Origin: a virus
Taxonomy: Duplodnaviria > Caudoviricetes
IMG/VR virus record: IMGVR_UViG_3300028888_000049
DNA: 64,000 nt
Direction: 5' to 3' (one strand)
The notes below the pieces were generated by a model that did not search any database, was not told the DNA's origin, and was given only the letters and a program-made list of their open reading frames with translations. This document shows positions 55,367 through 63,858 of this stretch, one piece after another. The translations under genes were made by a program, and so were the position numbers. How positions within the stretch are numbered: position 1 is the first letter of the stretch; every line of letters begins with the position of its first letter.

Positions 55367-55759
55367 ATGCGAGGCACAATAGGTTACAAACAAACAAAGG
55401 AATATTTTAATAGTGTTCCACAAATAAATTCAAAAATAGATGATTTGTCTGAAGTTTCGACAAGTTATTATGATCCAAAAGCACCAAAAACTAATGATAT
55501 TAAAGCTTTTCTAAAAAGACCAGTGAGATATCATTTTGCTATGACTGAAAAAAAACCTGGTTCAGTTACATTATTTCATCATTCATGTTATTTTGATAAT
55601 AAAGATGAAGCTTTAAAAGCACATCAGCAATTCAAACTACAAGTATATGATCAGCGAGTATCTAAGTATTTAAATAAGATTAATGAAGGCAAACAACTTT
55701 CTGTAGTCGATCAAATAGAATTATTGAATATCATCGACAGTCCACTCTTTTCCAAGTAG
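55367..55759 (+). CDS. hypothetical protein
   Basis: GGGAG RBS. Confidence 0.8.
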   Translation: MRGTIGYKQTKEYFNSVPQINSKIDDLSEVSTSYYDPKAPKTNDIKAFLKRPVRYHFAMTEKKPGSVTLFHHSCYFDNKDEALKAHQQFKLQVYDQRVSKYLNKINEGKQLSVVDQIELLNIIDSPLFSK

Positions 55760-56212
55760 ACTAGATTCTCTTTCAGAGGCTAATTTACGTAATTTTGTTT
55801 TACGTATTTTAGCCTTTTTTAATTTACTGTCAGCTTCTGTTGTATCTATTTCTATTTTTTGTGGAATATAATTAGGATCTTTTTCTTTAGCTCTTTTTTC
55901 TCGCATATATTGTCTTTGGTATTCATTATAAGTACCTTTTTTCTTTCTCCATTTATAAATATGTTTTTTAGCTTCTTTATAAGTAGGAGTATGAGCTTTT
56001 GATTTTCTATTTTTATTTTTTTCTTTTCTAATAGCTCTTTTTAATTTACCTATTAATACAGGATTTAATCTTTCAACACCACTAGTTAAATCTTTATAAT
56101 CAATACTATGACGTGCCTCTGTATCATCTTTAATACTTAACTTATGTAAAGTATCGTATTTTGGATCTTCTAATATATCGATAACAACATCTAAAACATC
56201 TTGTAATCTCAT
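55721..56212 (-). CDS. very basic hypothetical protein
   Basis: ATGA-coupled to upstream gene; K/R-rich. Confidence 0.75.
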   Translation of the reverse strand: MRLQDVLDVVIDILEDPKYDTLHKLSIKDDTEARHSIDYKDLTSGVERLNPVLIGKLKRAIRKEKNKNRKSKAHTPTYKEAKKHIYKWRKKKGTYNEYQRQYMREKRAKEKDPNYIPQKIEIDTTEADSKLKKAKIRKTKLRKLASERESSLLGKEWTVDDIQ

Positions 56213-56673
56213 ACTAATTCTTTCCCTGGTATAAATGTTCTACATGCAAATTTATTCTTTTTAAAATCAATTTCCCAACAATATCTAACTTGAAATCCTA
56301 AATTATGAAATAACATAAAACGAGCTTTAGTATCTTCATATAATTGTCCATATGTTTTTTTACACGTAGGATTTAATTCATTCCATCTTTTTGCATATAA
56401 TCTTGGATCAGCATGATAATATGTACCTAAAAATTCCCAGATTATTCTATTTCTACTATCAAAACCATCAACAATATAAACTTTATTTCCGAAACCATGA
56501 ATTACTTTACTTCTTTCAGGTACTCCTAAATTTGTAAGCCAAATGTCTTCTTCATGACTTTGCCCATGACGTAATCGTGTTTGTCCTACTTGAACAAATC
56601 CTACTTTTGGTTTTTTAGGCATGAAAAATGTCTTTTTTCTAGTTTTATATTTACCTAATGCTGGCTTTCTCAT
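56209..56673 (-). CDS. Vsr/DUF559-like PD-(D/E)XK endonuclease
   Basis: VDGF...EFLGTYYH...LGFQVRYCWE; class 2 motif at 56704. Confidence 0.75.
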   Translation of the reverse strand: MRKPALGKYKTRKKTFFMPKKPKVGFVQVGQTRLRHGQSHEEDIWLTNLGVPERSKVIHGFGNKVYIVDGFDSRNRIIWEFLGTYYHADPRLYAKRWNELNPTCKKTYGQLYEDTKARFMLFHNLGFQVRYCWEIDFKKNKFACRTFIPGKELV

Positions 56674-56703
56674 AATATTTCCTTATTTTTATTATTTATT
56701 TAA

Positions 56704-56750
56704 TAGAACTTGCAAAAATTATTCTATTTTTCAGAAAAAATGTAGTTCTA
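56704..56750. promoter_or_regulatory. back-to-back class 2 motifs
   Basis: TAGAACT at 56704 (minus) and AGTTCTA at 56744 (plus). Confidence 0.6.
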
Positions 56751-56822
56751 TATAAATGTATGGTGTCATGAACATGAGCTATACAAAGAACTTAAATTGC
56801 TAACAACTTAGGATTTAATAAA

Positions 56823-57326
56823 ATGAAAAATACTTTAATGATGCCTATGCGAGGCTATTTAGATCGCATGATTGATTCTCCGTTTAATTCTTTTATTGAT
56901 GATTTCTTTAATGATACATTACCAGTAAATCTATTTAAAGATCAAGATAATTTTCCAAAATATAATATTAAAAAAGTAATTGCTAAAGACCAACAAAGTA
57001 CTGATAAAGATGTATACTTTGAACCGAATAGCTTTATTATCGAACTAGCTTTGGCTGGATTGAAAAAAGAAGACTTTCAAGTATATACAGAAAAAGGTAT
57101 TCTTGTTGTTAAATCAATTTGTAAAGCTGGTAAAATCTCAGATCAATTACGTGACGAAGATTTATACATTCGTCGAGGAATTAAGGAAAGAGATTTTATT
57201 TGGAAAATGAATTTGCCAAAATATGCAGAAGTAACTGATACTTCATTTGTAAATGGATTACTTTCTATTAAGGTAGAAGTAAAAGTTCCAGAAGAACAGC
57301 AACGCAAATTAATTGAAATTAAATAA
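56823..57326 (+). CDS. small heat-shock protein (Hsp20/IbpA family)
   Basis: FPKYNI, IELALAGLKKED, YIRRGIKERDF, FVNGLLSI, IEIK tail. Confidence 0.93.
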   Translation: MKNTLMMPMRGYLDRMIDSPFNSFIDDFFNDTLPVNLFKDQDNFPKYNIKKVIAKDQQSTDKDVYFEPNSFIIELALAGLKKEDFQVYTEKGILVVKSICKAGKISDQLRDEDLYIRRGIKERDFIWKMNLPKYAEVTDTSFVNGLLSIKVEVKVPEEQQRKLIEIK

Positions 57327-57344
57327 TAAGTTATAAAAGGGTGT

Positions 57345-57389
57345 AATAAGGTCTTGCTGATAACTATTTATTGACAAGGCCTTATTTTT
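57345..57389 (+). terminator. intrinsic terminator
   Basis: AATAAGGTCTTG...CAAGGCCTTATT plus T tract. Confidence 0.75.
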
Positions 57390-57446
57390 GACTTTACATT
57401 TAATGTAACTTATTATATATAATTATATCAAATGAAAGGTGTTGTC

Positions 57447-57851
57447 ATGTTAAAATATTTTAAATATCGTAAACTAAATAAATTTTTTAAAAATACTATT
57501 AATGAATTACCAGTGAAATATTCATCTGATGAAGATATTGATAAATTACGCAATATATTAGTACAATTAGCAGAAATAGCAACTGATAATAATATTTTAA
57601 TAGAGAATTGTGGTAAAGGTCTATCAGAAGAAGAAAAAGATACACTGTTTTTAAAATGGGCTAACTCATTAAATATATTTTGTAGTTATTGTAGTAAATA
57701 TGCGTCTAAAGCGTTTACAAAAGTATTAGATAAAAATACAGAATTAGAGCCACAAGAGTTACTGGAATATTGTGTAATTGTACCATCAGAATTAGATTCA
57801 TATAGTAAAATTATTTCAAATTGCATTATAATATTAAAGGCTTTACGCTAA
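57447..57851 (+). CDS. hypothetical protein
   Basis: AAGGTG RBS before ATG 57447; class 1 promoter at 57393. Confidence 0.8.
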   Translation: MLKYFKYRKLNKFFKNTINELPVKYSSDEDIDKLRNILVQLAEIATDNNILIENCGKGLSEEEKDTLFLKWANSLNIFCSYCSKYASKAFTKVLDKNTELEPQELLEYCVIVPSELDSYSKIISNCIIILKALR

Positions 57852-57860
57852 GGGGTAAAA

Positions 57861-58883
57861 ATGGTAAGTAAAAAAGAAAAAGATCAGATTATTGATAACT
57901 TTGAAAAATGGTTAAATACGTTTAATGAATCACAATCAGGAAAAGAACTCTGCAAATTAATAAGTGAATTTATATCTGCTAAATTTACTCAAATTATGCC
58001 AGATAATATGAAAAAAGATGCGGAAAATGATTCAGATGATAATGCAAATAAACCACATATTGTCATGATGGGAAATCCAAGTATGTTAGATATGCTTCCT
58101 CCAGAAATGAGAGATGCTATTCTAAAAGGAACAGTACCTAATAATGATGCAATCGATGAAGCTAAACCAGAAGTACCGTCTAAAGTATTATATGACTTTA
58201 ATATGGTTAATTGTAATGTTGATTTAAAAGAACTTACCAAAAAACTTAAAAAGAGTAAAATCACTAAATACGGTATCTTGCTATATGGTGTTTCAGGATC
58301 TGGTAAATCTCAGTTTGCTAAGTATTTGGCTCAAGAATTAGGAATGGGATTTATTAAAGAAAGAGCTTCAGATATTTTTGGTAAATTTGTTGGTGAATCA
58401 GAAGGTAATATTAAAAAAGCATTTAAAAAAGCTAAAGATACAAAATCAGTATTAGTATTTGATGAAGCAGATTCATTCTTATTTGATAGAAATATGGCAA
58501 GGCAAGCTCATGAAGTTTCACATACTAACGAACTGTTTGTAAACATGGAAGATCATCCCTATCCATTCGTAATGACTACTAACTTAAAAGATAAATTAGA
58601 TAAAGCTAGTATACGTCGTTTCTTATTCAAAGTTAAATTTGATTGGATGACTAAAGATAATATAAAAGCTGGTCTAAAAACATACTTTGGTAAAGAATAT
58701 AAGTTTACTAAAGAACAATATGATCAACTTAAATATATTTCAGCTGGTGATTTTGATATTGCCAAACAAAAATTAGATATCTTAGAAAATGGTGAATATA
58801 CATCAGATAAGATCTTTGAATATCTATTAGCAGAACAAAATGAAAAAGAAATAGAAGAAGGAACAGCAAGCATTGTATTTTGA
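57861..58883 (+). CDS. classic-clade AAA+ ATPase
   Basis: GVSGSGKS, KFVGESE, LVFDEADS, MTTN, LDKASIRRF. Confidence 0.93.
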   Translation: MVSKKEKDQIIDNFEKWLNTFNESQSGKELCKLISEFISAKFTQIMPDNMKKDAENDSDDNANKPHIVMMGNPSMLDMLPPEMRDAILKGTVPNNDAIDEAKPEVPSKVLYDFNMVNCNVDLKELTKKLKKSKITKYGILLYGVSGSGKSQFAKYLAQELGMGFIKERASDIFGKFVGESEGNIKKAFKKAKDTKSVLVFDEADSFLFDRNMARQAHEVSHTNELFVNMEDHPYPFVMTTNLKDKLDKASIRRFLFKVKFDWMTKDNIKAGLKTYFGKEYKFTKEQYDQLKYISAGDFDIAKQKLDILENGEYTSDKIFEYLLAEQNEKEIEEGTASIVF

Positions 58884-59196
58884 TGCAGAAGCTATATATG
58901 TAAAACCTAAAGATGATAAGTTTTATTGGGAATTGAAGGATTTACTAAATAAACATAGTATATCTATTTTTACAGTAGTACATAAAGATTTAAGGTATTG
59001 CTATGAATTACAGGATCTTTCACAAAATGAACATGAGCTTTTTATTGATACTGTTAAAAGTTTACAAAAAGAAGCTTCTGATATCGAATATAAATGTGTA
59101 TATAACTGTAAAATATTAAGATATTCATTATTAAAACCTTCTGAAAATGCAGATATAAACAATAAACTTCTTTTTATGCTCAAAACATATTTGTAA
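58873..59196 (+). CDS. C-terminal-motif family protein (TTG start)
   Basis: DINNKLLFMLKTYL. Confidence 0.7.
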   Translation: MYFDAEAIYVKPKDDKFYWELKDLLNKHSISIFTVVHKDLRYCYELQDLSQNEHELFIDTVKSLQKEASDIEYKCVYNCKILRYSLLKPSENADINNKLLFMLKTYL

Positions 59197-59217
59197 AAGC
59201 TCGTAGGATGACCCGTA

Positions 59218-59571
59218 ATGATTAAAAAACTAAAATATATAATTGATACCATAAAAACATATAACGAGCGTGTACGGCTTTCTAAGGAGCTTAAAAGTTA
59301 TATTTCAAAAATAGAAGGAATATATTTAGTTATTCCACATAAAATCAGTCACTTTAATAACAATTTTAAATATACTATTAATAATCCATATCCTCTTATA
59401 GTTGAAGGAATGAATGCTAGAGCAAAAATACAAGAAATGTCTGACTATTTACATGTTAGAGTTATATCGAATCATACAATTTCTTTAAAAAATATAATTA
59501 TAACATATGAACCGTATTCAGCAGATATAGATCATTTTCTTATGTTAAAGAAAATACAAGGGGAATATTAA
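59218..59571 (+). CDS. C-terminal-motif family protein (paralog of next)
   Basis: DIDHFLMLKKIQGEY. Confidence 0.8.
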   Translation: MIKKLKYIIDTIKTYNERVRLSKELKSYISKIEGIYLVIPHKISHFNNNFKYTINNPYPLIVEGMNARAKIQEMSDYLHVRVISNHTISLKNIIITYEPYSADIDHFLMLKKIQGEY

Positions 59572-60020
59572 TGAAATTACTTGATAAACTTAAAGATATA
59601 ACTATATATTCTTTAAAAGTTCATAATTACAGAGAAAGAAAAGAATTCTCTAAAATATTACACGGTTTTCTAGTAAAATATAATATACCTAATAAAATAA
59701 TAGTACCTAGATTTAAAAACCAAATAATAATAGAATCTTTCAAAGTTAAATATGGTGTATCATCAAAAGTATCATTTGAATATGAATTAAATTTAAGTAC
59801 ATTCGAAGACGCTATAAAAATATATGGTATACCTTTCTATTACAATGAACAAAACTCAATAAAACAACCTTACTATAACACTATCACTCTAACAATAGAA
59901 TACTCACAATATATTCAAGACTTTGTAAAACTAACAACCATACAAGGCAAATATCCAAAAATAAACTACAGAATGCTTGAAGACTTTGGCATCGATAACT
60001 ACACTAAACCAGAGAATTAA
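59571..60020 (+). CDS. C-terminal-motif family protein (paralog of previous)
   Basis: IQDFVKLTTIQGKY; stop overlaps the convergent stop (TTAA). Confidence 0.8.
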   Translation: MKLLDKLKDITIYSLKVHNYRERKEFSKILHGFLVKYNIPNKIIVPRFKNQIIIESFKVKYGVSSKVSFEYELNLSTFEDAIKIYGIPFYYNEQNSIKQPYYNTITLTIEYSQYIQDFVKLTTIQGKYPKINYRMLEDFGIDNYTKPEN

Positions 60021-60973
60021 AGATCAACACCTGTCTTTTGATTAAAACCAATACTAGAATCATATGATTTATAAAAATTGATCCAATATAACTTTCGTTC
60101 TTTTGCATTTTCTTTTGTACAGTATTCTATAACTTCTTTTTTAAACACACTTTTATCAAATCTACTTAGTGCATTTTTAAAATATGGATCAGAACTTAAT
60201 TTACAATCTATTCCATTAGTATAATCAACATGATAATCTATAAATATCTTATTAGTCTTTGTATTAGTAATTTTCATAATATAATACTTAGGAGTTATAG
60301 GATTTGGATTCATTTTACATCTAGCTACATGTTTATCATAATTACATTCTATTACTTCTTTACCACAATAAGGACATTTTAATCTAGGTATATTATTCAT
60401 TGCAATTTGTGTTTTATTAGAAATCTCTTTTTTCTTTTCATCAGACCATACAGTATTTTTATTTGTAGGAGGTAAACCTTCTCTAGAATTACATTTCTGT
60501 GCCCATTCTCTTGGCAAACCTCTAATCCAACCTTTAGGAGGTTCTTTTCCTTTTAATACTCTTGTAGCTTCGTTTGTTTCTGGATTATAATATACGCAAT
60601 GCCCTTTAAGTATTTCAGACTTCTTTAAAAATATTTCATTTTTATTTTGATTATTTGTATATGTATCACCACCATCACCACCACAAGCAATATTATATCC
60701 AATCGCAGTGTCTTTAGTGTTTAAAGTATCAATCCAATACTTTTCTCTTTCATTATGTATATATTCATCATCTTCAGATTCTTCTAATAATTCTATCTTA
60801 AAATTTTCCTTACCATATTTGCGAATAGCTTTTATTATAGGCATATTAACTTCAGTATGACTACTTGCTCTATAACAATGTACTTTAAATCGTTCTTCTA
60901 AAGAATTTTTTGTATAACCTACGTAAATTTTTCCATTTATTAAATTAGTTATTTTATATATCTTACTGCTCAT
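60017..60973 (-). CDS. free-standing GIY-YIG homing endonuclease (minus strand; supplied track gives +)
   Basis: Reverse complement of 60961-60991 reads ATG CTG GAG...ATG AGC AGT AAG; KIYKITNLINGKIYVG, RFKVH, GYNIACGG; second degenerate GIY-YIG at the C-terminus. Confidence 0.9.
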   Translation of the reverse strand: MSSKIYKITNLINGKIYVGYTKNSLEERFKVHCYRASSHTEVNMPIIKAIRKYGKENFKIELLEESEDDEYIHNEREKYWIDTLNTKDTAIGYNIACGGDGGDTYTNNQNKNEIFLKKSEILKGHCVYYNPETNEATRVLKGKEPPKGWIRGLPREWAQKCNSREGLPPTNKNTVWSDEKKKEISNKTQIAMNNIPRLKCPYCGKEVIECNYDKHVARCKMNPNPITPKYYIMKITNTKTNKIFIDYHVDYTNGIDCKLSSDPYFKNALSRFDKSVFKKEVIEYCTKENAKERKLYWINFYKSYDSSIGFNQKTGVDL

Positions 60974-61049
60974 AATAAAAAACTCCAGCATTCTATTTAT
61001 AACATTTAGAACACTGGAGGATCTATAATCTCAGAAAAAAGTTTAAGCT

Positions 61050-61484
61050 TTATTCGGATAATTGTTTATTTAAATCTTCTTGAGACGTAAACTTACGATT
61101 TGGAAAATCATATTCACGGCGAGGCTTAGACCATCCAGAAACCTTGGAGAAATAACCAATTATCCTTGTGTAAATATCTAACTTCTTTGATCCACATTCA
61201 GGACATGCATCTAATTTGCCTTTATGAACATGACCGCACTCCTTACACTCAATATAACATGAGTTCAGAGCGAAGTGTTCCATTCCTGCTTCAATGGCCT
61301 TCGCTATGAGACGCTTTGATTGAGTGGGAGTCATTGTACCATCTACATTACAATGCACGATTGATCCACCTGTCATCAACGCATTAATCTCACCATCTCT
61401 CTTCATCTTTTCAGCTAAAGTATGGTCTTCCCAAAGCGAAGTCCATTGATTAGCAAGTAATTCAGGCATTTTAAATTTTCTCAT
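61050..61484 (-). CDS. nrdD: class III ribonucleotide reductase, C-terminal part (zinc ribbon plus glycyl-radical loop)
   Basis: TGGSIVH, CKECG..CPECGS, TRIIGYF; own GGAG RBS. Confidence 0.9.
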   Translation of the reverse strand: MRKFKMPELLANQWTSLWEDHTLAEKMKRDGEINALMTGGSIVHCNVDGTMTPTQSKRLIAKAIEAGMEHFALNSCYIECKECGHVHKGKLDACPECGSKKLDIYTRIIGYFSKVSGWSKPRREYDFPNRKFTSQEDLNKQLSE

Positions 61485-61573
61485 TTTCTTTATTCTCCAA
61501 TATTTTGTTAAGTATTTAGTATAAAATAGTTACGAGCTGGAATATTGTCTAATATACCAGTCGAAGGAATTGC

Positions 61574-63328
61574 TTAATCTTCGATACAATAATTACCATC
61601 TTCATCAGCAAACAAGATTTTATTCGCTTTTGCTAATTTCGGTGCCATCCCCTCAGCTGGTATAGCTTCAATATTCCAGATCATCTTTTCTTGTTCGGCT
61701 AGTCTCTTACACTCATTGTTGAAATATACTAAAAAGTCTTTCATATAGTCAAAACTTGAGTGATTGAATTTGAACTTAAGGATTGCGTCGGCTTCTACAT
61801 ACCCAACGCAACCATACGTACTGAACATGTGGCTCATATTGATCCAACCGTTAGTAATCCACGGTTGTGTTCCGCATTTTTCAAGTTTATGAATGAGTAC
61901 TCTATGAGCTTTAAGAATTTTTGTCATTTCTTCTACGCGTTCTGTTACGATCTTTTTAAAGTCATCATAAGATTCTGCTTCATATGCACATCTTGAAAAG
62001 TCAATAGTTACGACACGATGTGATCCTAATGATACTTGTGAACCACCAAAAGAGTTAACACCAGCTCCTAATTCAAGCATATCAGAATCCGAAAGTAGCC
62101 TACAACAGGAGGCAACTTTTGTTCCACTTGAGGAAAAAATGTTGTACTTACTGATGTCTTTTTTCGAAATATATTCTTCTAATTTGTTATCTTTTAAGCA
62201 TAAATGAGCTTTACCGTTTTCATCTTTTTCTGTAGCAAGATTTACTGTAGTTACTGGGAATGGAAACTGTAAGCCATTACGAAGTGGATCACCTTGATCA
62301 AATACATCGATATAGATCTCTTGTAATTCTTCGATATAATCTAATACAAATTCTACAAATGCTTCTCTAGTATTTTGTAACTCATTATCTTCTACTACTG
62401 CTGCTTTTTTAGGAAAATACCAGCCATAATTTTCATCACTAATTAAGCCTCTTAATTTCTCTCTATCGAAGCAAGATACATTAGTGAATGGACTTTCTAC
62501 AGCATTTCTACTATAGTGATTTACTGTATAGATAAACTGTTGCATATGATTACTCATTGATTTTCTTACTTTTTTATCATTACGTAGATCATCTAAAGTA
62601 ATTCTTTCACGATAAATTGCAAGGTTAGCTATATCGAGGAAAAAAGTTCCTATTGCTACGGCTCCTGCAATATTAAAACTGATTTCACGGATTGTGTCAC
62701 CTAGTGTTGTGATATAAGTTGCGACGCGATGTGCTGGACCAGAATGTACTTGACCAAAATTGCGACCTTCAGTTACAAGCTTTGAAGCATCGATGCAGTA
62801 GCAATAGGGTTTACAGATATTGGTACTGTCGTTTAATGCTAAAGAGAAATCATACATGGATGCACAACACTTTTTGGCTTCTGCTTTACCATAAAGTTCT
62901 TTTAATGTCTGATATAAATAGTCATAACCACATACTTTTTTGAAAGGTAACATAGCTTCTGCACAAATACCTTCAAAGTTAACAGATGTTTTATTAGCGT
63001 TAGCGTCTACAGAGATATCGTTAACTGTTTGTAAATTACCAAAAGTAAGTTTAGAAATAATAGCAAGAGGATCAAAGTTTTCTTCGCCTAAGCCATGTAA
63101 TTCCATAATTGAATTTACTTTATTTTTAAGTTCTTCTTTGTCTGTTACACCATATTTTGATTTAATAGATTTGGTTAAGCATTCAATGATATTTTTTCTA
63201 GTTCTAGTTGTACCGGCTTGAGCTAGAGTAATATCAACCCATTTATCCATTTCATTTTGATATGGATTTTCTTCATTTACGTTAAACTTTGGATATGTAA
63301 TTTTAAGTGGTTTTTTATCTTCAGACAT
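61574..63328 (-). CDS. nrdD: class III ribonucleotide reductase, N-terminal catalytic part
   Basis: PYCY, ESPFTNVS, FPFPVTT, ASCCRL, GSHRVVTI, IPAEG. Confidence 0.9.
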   Translation of the reverse strand: MSEDKKPLKITYPKFNVNEENPYQNEMDKWVDITLAQAGTTRTRKNIIECLTKSIKSKYGVTDKEELKNKVNSIMELHGLGEENFDPLAIISKLTFGNLQTVNDISVDANANKTSVNFEGICAEAMLPFKKVCGYDYLYQTLKELYGKAEAKKCCASMYDFSLALNDSTNICKPYCYCIDASKLVTEGRNFGQVHSGPAHRVATYITTLGDTIREISFNIAGAVAIGTFFLDIANLAIYRERITLDDLRNDKKVRKSMSNHMQQFIYTVNHYSRNAVESPFTNVSCFDREKLRGLISDENYGWYFPKKAAVVEDNELQNTREAFVEFVLDYIEELQEIYIDVFDQGDPLRNGLQFPFPVTTVNLATEKDENGKAHLCLKDNKLEEYISKKDISKYNIFSSSGTKVASCCRLLSDSDMLELGAGVNSFGGSQVSLGSHRVVTIDFSRCAYEAESYDDFKKIVTERVEEMTKILKAHRVLIHKLEKCGTQPWITNGWINMSHMFSTYGCVGYVEADAILKFKFNHSSFDYMKDFLVYFNNECKRLAEQEKMIWNIEAIPAEGMAPKLAKANKILFADEDGNYCIED

Positions 63329-63333
63329 CTGTA

Positions 63334-63858
63334 TTAGTTTCCTTCATTTTGATTAGAGTTAAAGTATAAAATTCCATTTTCAGAGATTTTGTTGTAATTC
63401 TCGTCGTAGAAATCTTGGTTTGGTGATGCTAGTACGTATTTTTCGTCTGTTTTTAGAGATGTACGTACTGTATTTATATCAAATTTACCACATTTATAAT
63501 ATTTAGCACCTGTTATTCCTAGCTGTTTTACGTAGTCTATAGAATAACCTGTGAAGATACAAATATCATAAGAGTGTGATAAAGTTTGTAGAATGTATTT
63601 TGTATAGGGGATGTTGGTTTTATATAAAGGATCGCCACCTAACAGAACTATTTTATTAGTTTCTGCTCTTTTGCAATAATCTACTAATTTTTCTGTAAGT
63701 TCTTCTGGTGTTTCTGTATATTCTTGTACTTTTTGAATTAAAGGACTATGACATCCTGGACAATGGTGTTCACAGCCTGTTAAATAGACTATTATTGCAT
63801 TGTCATCAGGAGATGGATAATCGAGTAAAGTTTCTTCTAGTACAGCTGTGTATGCCAT
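63334..63858 (-). CDS. nrdG: anaerobic RNR activating radical-SAM protein
   Basis: GCEHHCPGCHS CxxxCxxC, LGGDP, FTGY, SPNQ; next to nrdD; class 2 motif at 63946. Confidence 0.93.
   Translation of the reverse strand: MAYTAVLEETLLDYPSPDDNAIIVYLTGCEHHCPGCHSPLIQKVQEYTETPEELTEKLVDYCKRAETNKIVLLGGDPLYKTNIPYTKYILQTLSHSYDICIFTGYSIDYVKQLGITGAKYYKCGKFDINTVRTSLKTDEKYVLASPNQDFYDENYNKISENGILYFNSNQNEGN

Noticed and set aside
61485-61573. Self-splicing intron or intein in nrdD
   Set aside because: Only 89 nt, no group I/II core, no intein terminal residues, and the second ORF has its own RBS.
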